NCBI GenBank assembly: GCA_964560475.1
Contig: CAZLMZ010000002.1
Span: forward strand, 1 to 62,111
Direction: 5' to 3'
Origin: an uncultured Anaerolineae bacterium
GTDB lineage: Bacteria; Chloroflexota; Anaerolineae; JAFGEY01
DNA length: 62,111 nt
Shown here in pieces: positions 38,418-47,887 of the stretch (within the stretch, counting starts at the first letter, position 1; the number at the start of each line of letters is the position of its first letter). Made by a program: the position numbers and the translations under genes. The notes under the pieces were generated by a model that was not told the DNA's origin, ran no database searches, and was given only the letters and a program-made list of their open reading frames with translations.

Positions 38418-39572
38418 ATGAACAACAGAGACCGCGCTCTCGCTGTGCTGCACTACGAACCATACGACCGGCTGCCATTGGTCCACTTTGGGTATTGGAA
38501 CGAGACCCTGGTAAAGTGGGCCAATGAGGGACACATTACCGTAGAGGAGGCGGCCAGTTGGTCCGATGGCAACCCGACGGATGCCGCAATCGCGGCGGAA
38601 CTGGGCTTTGATCTCAATTGGAACAACTGCTTCAGTCCCCATACGCGCCTCTGGCCTCCGATCGAGCCAAAGGTGGTGGAGGAGCTGCCCGATGGCTCGC
38701 GGAAGGTCTTGGGCGGAGATGGCGTTGTCATCCTCCAGAAAGAGGGGGCGACCGGCATTCCAACAGAGATCGACCACCTGCTGAAGGACCGGAAGAGCTG
38801 GGAAGAGATCTATCTCCCTCGCCTGCAGTATTCCGAGGACCGGCTCTTGGATGCGCGCGTCAATACCGGTACGGAGCTGATTCCCTTCCGCGAGGGGGGG
38901 CTGGAGTATTTGCAGGCGGGCGAGTGGGACGTTCCGCTTGGACTGCATTGTGGCAGCCTGTACGGCGTGATCCGCAACTGGCTGGGGCTCGTGGGCTCGG
39001 CATATCTGCTGGTCGATGACGAGCCCTTGTTCGACGAGATCATCGACACAGTGGGCAAGCTGTGCTACCGCTGCACCAAAGCCGCACTGGAGACGGGCGT
39101 CCAGTTCGATTTCGCCCACTTTTGGGAGGACATCTCGTTCAAGAGCGGCCCACTGATCAACCCGGCAGTGTTTCGGCGCAAGGTCGGGCCGCACTATAAG
39201 CGCATCACGGATCTGGTTCGTAACGCAGGGATCGACGTGATCTCCCTGGACAGCGACGGCCGGATCGACGAGCTGATCCCGGTGTGGTTTGAGAATGGCG
39301 TGAACACAATGTTCCCGATCGAGGTTGGCACGTGGGAGGCCAACATCGCGCCGTGGCGGGAGCAGTACGGGAAAGGGTTGCTGGGCGTCGGCGGGGTGAA
39401 CAAGAAGGTCTTTGCCTACGACCGCGCGGCAGTTGACAAAGAGGTGGAGCGCCTCGTCCCGTTGGTCGAGCTGGGCGGCTATTTGCCATGCCCCGACCAC
39501 CGTATCGCCCCCGATGCCAAGTGGGACAATGTGCGCTACTTCTGCCAGCGGATGAGAGAGGTGTTTGGCTAG
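38418..39572 (+). CDS. Uroporphyrinogen-decarboxylase (URO-D) family protein, methyltransferase-like
   Basis: 384 aa. N-terminus NRDRALAVLHYEPYDRLPLVHFGYW and C-terminus GGYLPCPDHRI resemble URO-D/MtaA-like TIM-barrel proteins. Call from overall resemblance only. Confidence 0.55.
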   Translation: MNNRDRALAVLHYEPYDRLPLVHFGYWNETLVKWANEGHITVEEAASWSDGNPTDAAIAAELGFDLNWNNCFSPHTRLWPPIEPKVVEELPDGSRKVLGGDGVVILQKEGATGIPTEIDHLLKDRKSWEEIYLPRLQYSEDRLLDARVNTGTELIPFREGGLEYLQAGEWDVPLGLHCGSLYGVIRNWLGLVGSAYLLVDDEPLFDEIIDTVGKLCYRCTKAALETGVQFDFAHFWEDISFKSGPLINPAVFRRKVGPHYKRITDLVRNAGIDVISLDSDGRIDELIPVWFENGVNTMFPIEVGTWEANIAPWREQYGKGLLGVGGVNKKVFAYDRAAVDKEVERLVPLVELGGYLPCPDHRIAPDAKWDNVRYFCQRMREVFG

Positions 39573-39596
39573 GTAGCCGGCGACAGGAGGGCCGCT

Positions 39597-40916
39597 GTGC
39601 AGGTGCTTGCGTGCCTTCTCTATGCGGTTGTAGGGACGTGCGTCGCGTGTGTGGCTGCTTGTCTCCCTGGGCTCCACGTGTACAACGTCGCGGCGCTGAT
39701 CCTGCTGGTGATGCGAGCACGGACCTCGGGAAGCATGACTGAGCCGTGGCTGATGCTTTTCGTCGGCATGGTTGTGGGCTATGCAATGGCCAGCGGCATC
39801 CCGGCGATCCTGATCTCGGCGCCCGACGATAGCTCGGCATGGATCGTCTCGCCTGGCCACAGCTACCTGCTGCAGGGGCGGGGCTACGAAGCGCTTGCTC
39901 TCACTGTGATTGGCTGCCTCGGTGGCTTGTGGGCGCTGGTCGGGCTCGCGCCGCTGGCGGGCCGGGTCACGAGCATGCTGCTCCACGTGCTACAGCCTCA
40001 CTTGCACTGGCTCGTTGGCGCACTGGTGCTTTTCGTCCTTTTGTCAGAGTGGCCAAGAGATCCAGAGCACGGTTCGGCACCACTCGCACGCCTGCTCGTG
40101 GCCTGGGTGCCGCTCGCGGCCGGACTAGCGACCTTTGCCCTCTCTGGCCTGCTTGGGCTGGCGCTCAGCTATCGGCCGATGATACCGCGCGCGCTGTCGT
40201 ACCAGGGGTTGGTGCCAGCTTTCGTCGGCCTCTTTGCCGTGCCCTGGCTCTTACAGAACTTGATCGCGGGAGGACGGATTCCCAGGCAGCACGTACCGCG
40301 CTCTGTAGACGCCGATCTGTCGCTGGCGCTGGGCGGCGTCGCAGCCGGTACGCTGGGAGGACTCGTGGCTACCTACCTGCCGGCGGTCACAGGCAGCCTA
40401 GGTGGACTCATCGCCGGGCACGCGACCGCCCAGCGCGATGAGCGAGCGTTCCTGATCGCGCAGGGCGCAACAAAGATGGTGTACTATGCCGGCGCGCTCT
40501 TGTTGTTCCTGGCGCCCGGCCCGCCCTTGACGAGGGGGGGGATGGCGTCCATGCTGGCACCGGGATACACGCCGGGTTCAGAGCGGACCTACTGGCTGTC
40601 TGTCGCCGCGATGGCCATCTGTGGCGCGGTCGCCTCTTTGCTGACGTTGGCATTCGGTCGCTGGGCCAGCAGGCTGGTTGGATCGCGTTCCTTGCGGTGG
40701 CTTGCTGTTGCAGCGCTGGTGGCGTTCACCGGCACGATCGGCGGCCTCACGGGCGGGCGCGGCATCCTGGTGATGCTGGCCGGATCCGGCATCGGCCTCA
40801 TCGCTCCTTGCTTTGGGTCGCGAAGGGCAAACTGCCTGGGCATACTGCTCCTCCCGATGCTGCTCGATGCAGCGGGGGCAACGCCTGCAGTTGTAGGTTG
40901 GCTCGGGCTGGGCTAG
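39597..40916 (+). CDS. Polytopic membrane protein, possibly TctA/DUF112-like
   Basis: 439 aa, ~10 hydrophobic helices. GTG 39597 lies 6 nt after AGGAGG. Family assignment is tentative. Confidence 0.4.
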   Translation: MQVLACLLYAVVGTCVACVAACLPGLHVYNVAALILLVMRARTSGSMTEPWLMLFVGMVVGYAMASGIPAILISAPDDSSAWIVSPGHSYLLQGRGYEALALTVIGCLGGLWALVGLAPLAGRVTSMLLHVLQPHLHWLVGALVLFVLLSEWPRDPEHGSAPLARLLVAWVPLAAGLATFALSGLLGLALSYRPMIPRALSYQGLVPAFVGLFAVPWLLQNLIAGGRIPRQHVPRSVDADLSLALGGVAAGTLGGLVATYLPAVTGSLGGLIAGHATAQRDERAFLIAQGATKMVYYAGALLLFLAPGPPLTRGGMASMLAPGYTPGSERTYWLSVAAMAICGAVASLLTLAFGRWASRLVGSRSLRWLAVAALVAFTGTIGGLTGGRGILVMLAGSGIGLIAPCFGSRRANCLGILLLPMLLDAAGATPAVVGWLGLG

Positions 40917-41034
40917 CCGGTTTCGTGGGTGAGCGCTTGCGTGGGGCATTCTTTTGTTGTAGAATTGCAAAGATCGGTGCAGTCCGCTGGTGTAAGCTTA
41001 CGAGGATCGACACAGGGAGAGGAAAGGGCTTCTC

Positions 41035-41622
41035 ATGTCTGAAGAAGATCGGGTGGCGCCAGAAGCACTTCTGGATCTGATGCGATCGAGGCGCAGCGTG
41101 CGGCGCTATCTACCCAAGCCTGTTCCGGACGAGGCGCTGCAGCAGATCCTCGAGGCTGGGCGGTGGGCGCCGTCTGCCAATAACCAGCAGCCCTGGGCAT
41201 TCATCGTGGTCCAGGAAGAGGAGATGCGGCAAAAGGTGGCTCGACACGCGACCTACTACCTGGCTCGGCACGCGCGCGTCGAGGAGGCGCCGCTACTGAT
41301 CGTGCTCTGCGGCCAAGTCGGCAGCCGGATGGGCCAGCGTTTCCTCCGAGGAGAGGTAGGGATGGCTGGGATGCAGATGATGCTGCAGGCCCACGCCCTG
41401 GGGCTGGGGACATGCTGGGTCGATGGTCTCGACCGGGACGCGATATCCGATGTGCTCCAGATCCCAGAGCCTATGCAGATCGTCGGGCTGCTGACCGTTG
41501 GCTATCCAGCAGAGACGCCGCCAGTTACGCCGCGGAAACCGCTGTTCGAAATCGTGCATTACGATATGTATGAGAGCCTGACGTTTGGGGCTAGCGCAGG
41601 AGACCGGGGCGAGAATCCCTGA
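41035..41622 (+). CDS. Nitroreductase family protein
   Basis: RRSVRRYLPKPVPDEALQQILEAGRWAPSANNQQPWAFIVV is a classic nitroreductase N-terminus. Confidence 0.88.
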   Translation: MSEEDRVAPEALLDLMRSRRSVRRYLPKPVPDEALQQILEAGRWAPSANNQQPWAFIVVQEEEMRQKVARHATYYLARHARVEEAPLLIVLCGQVGSRMGQRFLRGEVGMAGMQMMLQAHALGLGTCWVDGLDRDAISDVLQIPEPMQIVGLLTVGYPAETPPVTPRKPLFEIVHYDMYESLTFGASAGDRGENP

Positions 41623-41697
41623 TGTCAGCCGGGGCCGTCTGCTCGTGTCGAGAGGCTGTCCAGCTTGTGCCAGCGTGGCTAGAACGCGGAAAGTAGC

Positions 41698-42159
41698 ATG
41701 GACCCAAGGTCTATCGTGTTGGAGGCCTCGACGGGCATCCATGTCTCGCCCGACCAGGTACGTGAATGGTTCTTGTCGCTCGGCGAGCATCCCGAGCGGT
41801 ACACGTTCGGAACGCACGGCGGATTCACGTTCACTGAGGGATCGTTCGCTGAGGAGGGGGCGCTGTTCGAGACGCGAGAGCAGTTTGCCGGCGTCCATAT
41901 TGGGCTGCACTTTCGGCTGACAGAGGTCGGCCAAGATCATTTTGGGTTTGCGTTGGTGCAGCCTCCCCTCGGGGTGGAGGGTACCTTCGAGATGACCTCT
42001 GCAGAGGAGGGCGGATCCAGGCTCTCGCTGCTGATCGGCAGCAGGAGCGGCTGGGCAAGGGGCTTCCTTCGCTTGCCACTACTCCACGGCGCAGTGCTGG
42101 GCCAGATCCAACGAGAAGTGAGACACATAAAAGAATCAGTGGAGCGCCTGTATGCGTAG
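41698..42159 (+). CDS. Hypothetical protein, SRPBCC/START-like by size and pattern
   Basis: 153-aa ORF with good coding look. Weak resemblance to polyketide-cyclase/SRPBCC fold proteins. Confidence 0.4.
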   Translation: MDPRSIVLEASTGIHVSPDQVREWFLSLGEHPERYTFGTHGGFTFTEGSFAEEGALFETREQFAGVHIGLHFRLTEVGQDHFGFALVQPPLGVEGTFEMTSAEEGGSRLSLLIGSRSGWARGFLRLPLLHGAVLGQIQREVRHIKESVERLYA

Positions 42160-42229
42160 CGAGCGATTCAGTATTGCTCACGAAAGATGCTACAGAGAAA
42201 GCGGATCTGACTAGAAATAGAAGTAAGGA

Positions 42230-43813
42230 ATGACAAATAGAAAACCAGATATCCTACTGATCGTGCTAGACACGTTGCGTGCGGATCGACTGTCGTCATA
42301 TGGCTATGACCGCGAGACGTCACCACACCTCGATACGTTCGCGGGGACGGGCGTGCTGTTCGAGCGCGCCATCTCGCCCGCACAGTGGACGATCCCAGCG
42401 CATGCGTCGTTCTTTACCGGTGAGTACCCCACGACGCACGGCACGACCCAGATCTATGACAAGCACAGCGAGCAGTATCCGACGTTGGCCGAGATTCTTC
42501 GCCGCGAAGGGTACGATACCGTGGGTTTCTGCAACAATCCTCTCCTGGGAGTGGTGGACAATAACCTGGATCGGGGCTTTGAGGCGTTCTATAACTATGG
42601 GGGAGCCTTTCCATCGCGGCCCCCGATCGCCGATTCGCGACCGCGCACGTGGGGACGGATCATGCAGCGTGTCGTGCGGCTCCTTCGACGGGTCACTTCC
42701 CCCATCCAGGACAGTTTCGCGCACAGCAACTTCATGCTGCGTATCGCCCTCCACCCATGGATCGTGCCGCTGTGGCGCCGGTATGCGAATTTCAAGGGCA
42801 ACACGATCCAGTCTATGCGCGATTTGCTGGGATACCTGCGGGCCCGCCACGACAAGGGGTCACAGCGGCCGCTGTTCGCGTTCGTGAACCTGATGGAAAC
42901 GCACCTTCCCTACGGTCCAAGGCCGCGCTTTATCCGCAAATTCGCACCGTGGTATCGCCACGACCACGAGGCACGCGCGTTCATGGACCGCTATAACCAC
43001 GAGCACTATCGCTGGATGGTCCCGCTCAGGGAACCGCTCACCGAGATGCAGGACCGGGCAATCAACGACCTCTACGACGCCGAGGTTGCCTACGAAGACC
43101 ATTTGCTTCGCCGCTTGTACCACTACCTGGATGATCCCGAGATACGGGACAACACGATGGTGATCGTCACTTCCGATCACGGCGAGGGACTGAACCACCA
43201 CCATTTCGTGGGACACTCGCTCGTGGCCTACGACGACCTGGTGCGTGTGCCGCTGGTCGTGCGCTACCCCAAGCTGTACCCGGCAGGCAAGCGGGTCACA
43301 CAGCCCGTGTCCGCGCGGCGCATCTTTCACACTGCACTCGAGGCCGCGGGTGTAGAGTCTGTGTACGGCGATGCGGAGGATAGAGCACCGATCGACATCC
43401 ACGGCCTCAGCCTGGCGACGGCTGCCAGCGGATCGGATCCAGAGGCGGGCGTCGTGTTCAGCGACGCCTTTACCCCGGATACCCTGATCGTGCTGATGCA
43501 GAATGCGGACCCAGAGGCGATCGATCTCTACCGTTGCCGGTCGATGAGGCGTGCGATCTATCGCGGAGCACACAAACTGATCACGGTTGGTGATCAGCCG
43601 GACGAGTTGTTCGACGTTGTCCGCGATCCTGGCGAGCTTGCAAACCTGATCGACCAGGAGCGGCCTCTGTCCGAGGAGCTGGACGGACTCTTGCAGAGCT
43701 TTGTCTCCGAGGCACAGGGACGTGTCCCGGAAGCATGGAGGGCCGCTCGCCTCCAGCTCAAAGACGATGAAGAGCTCAAGGAACGGCTTCGGGGGTTGGG
43801 CTACCTGAACTGA
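42230..43813 (+). CDS. Alkaline-phosphatase-superfamily hydrolase (sulfatase-like) with Thr nucleophile motif
   Basis: DILLIVLDTLRADR metal-site motif. Nucleophile region WTIPAHASFFTGEYPTTHG (T-x-P-x-H) replaces the sulfatase C/S-x-P-x-R. Later SDHGEGL. Confidence 0.75.
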   Translation: MTNRKPDILLIVLDTLRADRLSSYGYDRETSPHLDTFAGTGVLFERAISPAQWTIPAHASFFTGEYPTTHGTTQIYDKHSEQYPTLAEILRREGYDTVGFCNNPLLGVVDNNLDRGFEAFYNYGGAFPSRPPIADSRPRTWGRIMQRVVRLLRRVTSPIQDSFAHSNFMLRIALHPWIVPLWRRYANFKGNTIQSMRDLLGYLRARHDKGSQRPLFAFVNLMETHLPYGPRPRFIRKFAPWYRHDHEARAFMDRYNHEHYRWMVPLREPLTEMQDRAINDLYDAEVAYEDHLLRRLYHYLDDPEIRDNTMVIVTSDHGEGLNHHHFVGHSLVAYDDLVRVPLVVRYPKLYPAGKRVTQPVSARRIFHTALEAAGVESVYGDAEDRAPIDIHGLSLATAASGSDPEAGVVFSDAFTPDTLIVLMQNADPEAIDLYRCRSMRRAIYRGAHKLITVGDQPDELFDVVRDPGELANLIDQERPLSEELDGLLQSFVSEAQGRVPEAWRAARLQLKDDEELKERLRGLGYLN

Positions 43814-43891
43814 GCGGGTTGTGTGCGGCCAGGCAGGATGGAGACCTGTCGGGAGCCAGGATCGCTGCTATCTGACACGTGGGCGGCGAGC

Positions 43892-46477
43892 TCAGTGCCC
43901 CGTACCGTAGAGCTGTGTATAGACATCATAGTGACGGTAGATTTCACGCACATAGCGCTGCGGCTCGTCTCGATCGATGATCTCGACAAACAGATCGGGG
44001 TCTCCCTTTGCCGCTTCGAGCCAGTGCAGCGCGTTGCCCGGCCCGCCGTTGTAGCCAGCTAGCGCCGCAGCAACGTTGCCTTCGGTCATGTCGAGAATGC
44101 GTGACATGAACCATGCGCCGAACTTGGCGTTCAGGTAGGCGCGCTCGAGGTCACGCTCTGTATATGCGGGCCAGGGCATCATCTCTGCGATCCATTGACC
44201 TGTACTCGGCATGATCTGGGTCAAGCCAACAGCTCCCGCCCACGATGCGATCTGGTCATCGAAGAGACTCTCCTGGCGGATCAGTGCGAACATCAGCAGC
44301 GGGTCAAGGTCATAAGCGCGGCTCTCTTCTGCTACCAGGTCGGGGAAGTAGGTAGGGTAGAGAAGCTGCTGGATGAAAAGAGGCATCTCGAACACGGACT
44401 CCTCTGGGGCCAGGAGCGTCACGCCCATCGCTGCTCGTATTGCGGGTGCATAGAGTCCCAAGTCACGGCTCACCAGCGCGATCTGGTAGAGGGCAACCGG
44501 GTCCTGGCCATACTCGGCGCGCAGCGTCTCGATTTCATCTCCCGCCTCGCCGCGCCTTTCCAGAGCCGCAAACGCTATCGCCCTGCGAAAGTGGAGGTCT
44601 GCGGATAGATCCTCACGCACGGCAGCCAGGTCCGCTCCTGGCTCCGTACCACTCCATTCGTGCAACCACGCCTCGGCCTCTTCCTGCAAAGCCGTTCCCT
44701 CCGCGGTAAGGTGGAGGCCCTGAGGGGATCCCGGCCAATCCGGTGGCCGGCCGCTACTCGCCAACAGTTGTGCGGCGCGAAGCCCATAGTAGTCGTAGGG
44801 GTGCTCGTCTGCCAGGAGCTGGAGTGTTTCTCGTGCCTGCTGCTCGTTTCCCTCGGCCCATAACACCTTACCGATCCAGTAGCGCCCGCCCAGAGCCTGT
44901 GCATTGCTGGGGTAGCCATTGGTCAGCTCACGCCATGCCACGAGCGCGCCATCGAGGTCGTCGACTCGATAACGGGCGATCCCGGCGCGGAACCGGGCCG
45001 TCGGGGCGCGCTGGTCATTGACGTGACGGTCGGCAAGCGAGGTATAGACGTCGGCCGCCTCTGCAAGCTGTGCATCTTTTTCCAAAAGCTTTGCCGCTTC
45101 CCAGAGAGCATCGGGAGCTTGGACGTGATCGCGGTTCTCGTCGGCAAAGGCAAGATAGGCGGCGACAGCGTCGGAGGTGCGGCCCTGAGCGGCAAAGGCA
45201 CGGGCGCGGGTCAGCCACAGGTCTCCCCAATGCGGGATGGTCTCGGGAAAGGCGCCCAGTGCCTCGTCACACTCTTGCACGGCCCGCTCAGGGTAGCCGT
45301 CCGCCAAGTAGGATAAGGCGATATAGTAGAGTGCATCGCTGTCGTATTCGGGTGTATCCTCAATGTAGCTGCCAAAAGCCGCCGCTGCAGCAGCGTAACT
45401 GCCAGCATAGTAGTCGATCAGGCCGCGCTGGAACTCGTCCACCTCGACGAGGGACTCTACCAGTGCCACCAAGGCCGCGTGCGCATAGCCGGCCTGCGGA
45501 TCGCCATACACGGCCTGCGAAAACGCATCAATCGCTTCGCTCTCGCGGCCGGCTTGGCGGTCGATCTGGCCGATCAGATACCAGATGCGGGCCAGACGGA
45601 ACGTGTTCTGCGAGTCGTCAGTGATGCTTTGCAGCGATTCTACCGCTTGGTCGTAGCGACCCCAGTTCGCGTAGGCAAGCCCCAGTTTCTCGCGCAGGTC
45701 ATACTGCTGGGAAAGATCAGGCGCTGATTCCACGGCCCGTCCGTACGCTTCTGTCGCCGTTTGGTAGTTGCCTTCCAGCACCGCATCTTCCGCGATCTGC
45801 GTATAAACGACGTCGGTAAGCACGTCCTGTTGCTCCAGATAGGCAAGGTAGCGCTCGCGTGCTTCTCCGTGCCGTCCCAGTCCGTCGAGCGCCCGAGCGA
45901 GATGGTACTTGGCGGCTACCGCCCTGGGATCACTTTCGTTCTCGGTGAGGAATTGCCCGAGGAGGGCCTCGGCAGCCGCATATTCCTGATCGAGCAGCGC
46001 ACATACCCCAAGCTGATAGAGCGCTTCCTGCTGCGTCTCTTCGTCCTCGGAAGTATCCAGCACGGAGCGAAACTCGGTCCGGGCAAGGCGATAGTCGCCG
46101 TATCGCTTGGCAAGATACGCGTCGGCGAGCTGCGCTGCAGGTAGCGGGGAGGGCGTCGAGCTGGGTGTCAGGCCGAATGGCGGGCTTGGCGTCAGGCTCG
46201 AGGTAGGCGTCGGCGCGGCCGTCACCACCGGTGAAGGGGTAGGTGGCGGCGTTTCAGTTCGGGTAGGCGTCACCAAGGCGGGAAGTGGCTCGAGGGTCGG
46301 GGATGCCTGGCCATCTGGCGTCGCGGGGAAGGTCACCTGTATCCCCTCGGCGGCTGTGGGTACCTGTACCACGGTGGGCTGCCGCCAGACGTACACGTAG
46401 AATAGCACGGCCGCACCTACCACGGCAGAAAGGATGCAGAGCAAGAGCGTGAGGATCAGGACCTCGCGTGGTCTCAT
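43892..46477 (-). CDS. Lytic transglycosylase (SLT domain) with N-terminal TM, Pro/Thr linker and TPR region
   Basis: C-terminal LMFALIRQESLFDDQI...AVGLTQIMPSTG...YNGGPGN. Long TPR-like middle region. The ATG overlaps the upstream stop (ATGA 46474..46477). Confidence 0.85.
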   Translation of the reverse strand: MRPREVLILTLLLCILSAVVGAAVLFYVYVWRQPTVVQVPTAAEGIQVTFPATPDGQASPTLEPLPALVTPTRTETPPPTPSPVVTAAPTPTSSLTPSPPFGLTPSSTPSPLPAAQLADAYLAKRYGDYRLARTEFRSVLDTSEDEETQQEALYQLGVCALLDQEYAAAEALLGQFLTENESDPRAVAAKYHLARALDGLGRHGEARERYLAYLEQQDVLTDVVYTQIAEDAVLEGNYQTATEAYGRAVESAPDLSQQYDLREKLGLAYANWGRYDQAVESLQSITDDSQNTFRLARIWYLIGQIDRQAGRESEAIDAFSQAVYGDPQAGYAHAALVALVESLVEVDEFQRGLIDYYAGSYAAAAAAFGSYIEDTPEYDSDALYYIALSYLADGYPERAVQECDEALGAFPETIPHWGDLWLTRARAFAAQGRTSDAVAAYLAFADENRDHVQAPDALWEAAKLLEKDAQLAEAADVYTSLADRHVNDQRAPTARFRAGIARYRVDDLDGALVAWRELTNGYPSNAQALGGRYWIGKVLWAEGNEQQARETLQLLADEHPYDYYGLRAAQLLASSGRPPDWPGSPQGLHLTAEGTALQEEAEAWLHEWSGTEPGADLAAVREDLSADLHFRRAIAFAALERRGEAGDEIETLRAEYGQDPVALYQIALVSRDLGLYAPAIRAAMGVTLLAPEESVFEMPLFIQQLLYPTYFPDLVAEESRAYDLDPLLMFALIRQESLFDDQIASWAGAVGLTQIMPSTGQWIAEMMPWPAYTERDLERAYLNAKFGAWFMSRILDMTEGNVAAALAGYNGGPGNALHWLEAAKGDPDLFVEIIDRDEPQRYVREIYRHYDVYTQLYGTGH

Positions 46478-47751
46478 CTGGGGTGCCTTTCCGCGTTAGC
46501 TGCGACCGCGGGCCATAGGCCAGTGATGGCTGCTTCGACGCATTGCTCAAGGTTCCCGAACCGCACTTGCACGCCAGAGTGTGAGGGGGCATAGGTCGCC
46601 ATCTTGGCCGAATTCGTCGCCAGCACCCGGAACCCGAGCTCCTCTATCGGCGCGACGATCATGCAGGTGTCCGCAACGACCTGTCCGCCAGCATCCTCGA
46701 TGGCAAACACCGCGTGCGGCATGCGCTCCCGCGTCTCACGGGCCGTCGTCACCCACAGGGCGGCTTGCAGGTGCTGGCCCGACACGGCACGAGCGATCTG
46801 CTCGAGTTCCCGCGGGGAGGCGTGCGGGCAGCCCACACTGACCAGATCCACACGGCAGGTCCCGCGATTGAGCGCCTGATAGCCATCCGCGAGATCGTCA
46901 ACAACGAGCCGCTGTGCATCGTCAGCCAGCACGTCTCCTTGCCGCGCCTCCGGCGTGACGCCGCGCACGTGATAGAGAGCCACCGCGCCACTGGCTGCCA
47001 GACCTGCTCCCAGCGCCTTGAGCTGGTCGGCACAGAGATCGCTGCCGAGCGTATCCGGTTCGGGAGGGGCGCACCGTTGGTCGCCCAGATCAAAATAGGG
47101 CACGGCGTTACGCACCTGGCGTCCGACGATGTAGCCCAGTACTCCCCAGTCGGAAAGCGTGTGCAGCGGGCACCTAACGTCCACGTGAAATCGAGCGCGC
47201 CGACCCGGGTCGAGGTGAAAGCCGTAGGCTGCGGTGCGACCGCAGATGGCTGCCGCCAACGCGCTGGGCCCGCCCTCGCGGTTCGTGCGCGCACCCAGCA
47301 CCGAGTTGGCGAAACAGACCGCCGATGACTCGGCCCAGGCGATGTGCTCGCCAAAGGAGGGTAGGTTTCCTACCAGATAGGGCGTGCAGGTACACGTTGT
47401 CTGGATACCCATTCGAGCATAGGCCTCGATGACGCGGCCTTGTTGGCGCGCGAACCGCTCGTCGAAGCCGAGGATGCTCCAGCGCACGGTATCGATCCCT
47501 GCCGGGTTCAGTGTGGTAGGTACACGTACCTGTGCGCCCTGGTCGGCCCACTCCTGCAGGAAGGCCAGACCGGCCTCGCCGAGGTTCTTGAAGCTTACGC
47601 CCGATACCTGGACGCTTCCCACAAGCACGAGGTGCGGTGCGCCATAGATCTTGCCGAGGGCCACCACGATTTCCATGGCTCGTTTCACGGCGGGACCCTG
47701 CGCGCCGTGAAGCATACCTTTTTCTTCGCGCGTTAGTCTTGGCTGATCCAC
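46474..47751 (-). CDS. Aconitase X catalytic (large) subunit-like protein, DUF521
   Basis: LTREEKGMLHGAQGPAVKRAMEIVVALGKIYGA...VQVSGVSFKNLGEAGLAFL matches the DUF521 N-terminus. Start placed at GTG 47751 after GGGAGGGGG, because the predicted -10 box covers 47778. Confidence 0.7.
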   Translation of the reverse strand: MDQPRLTREEKGMLHGAQGPAVKRAMEIVVALGKIYGAPHLVLVGSVQVSGVSFKNLGEAGLAFLQEWADQGAQVRVPTTLNPAGIDTVRWSILGFDERFARQQGRVIEAYARMGIQTTCTCTPYLVGNLPSFGEHIAWAESSAVCFANSVLGARTNREGGPSALAAAICGRTAAYGFHLDPGRRARFHVDVRCPLHTLSDWGVLGYIVGRQVRNAVPYFDLGDQRCAPPEPDTLGSDLCADQLKALGAGLAASGAVALYHVRGVTPEARQGDVLADDAQRLVVDDLADGYQALNRGTCRVDLVSVGCPHASPRELEQIARAVSGQHLQAALWVTTARETRERMPHAVFAIEDAGGQVVADTCMIVAPIEELGFRVLATNSAKMATYAPSHSGVQVRFGNLEQCVEAAITGLWPAVAANAERHPR

Positions 47752-47777
47752 GACCCCCTCCCGGACCGGTGCGGCCA

Positions 47778-47806
47778 AGTGTACGAGGCACGCGCCCGGT
47801 TGTCAA
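47778..47806 (-). promoter_or_regulatory. Promoter for AcnX-like/SLT genes (TTGACA-17-TACACT)
   Basis: Minus strand reads TTGACAaccgggcgcgtgcctcgTACACT. Confidence 0.55.
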
Positions 47807-47842
47807 ATTGCGCCAGTCGCCGCACGTGAGGCATACGAAAGC

Positions 47843-47864
47843 GGCCCGCCAGAGCAGGCGGGCC
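47843..47864 (-). terminator. Hairpin downstream of the MBL-fold gene
   Basis: GGCCCGCC-6 nt loop-GGCGGGCC, followed on the minus strand by GCUUUCG. Confidence 0.45.
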
Positions 47865-47887
47865 ACTCAGTATTCGCTGGACAGGGA

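Noticed and set aside
38358-39986. 542-aa ORF on the minus strand
   Set aside because: It is antisense to the URO-D-like and membrane genes and has Arg/Pro/Gln-rich low-information sequence. The sense-strand genes have Shine-Dalgarno sites and sensible spacing.
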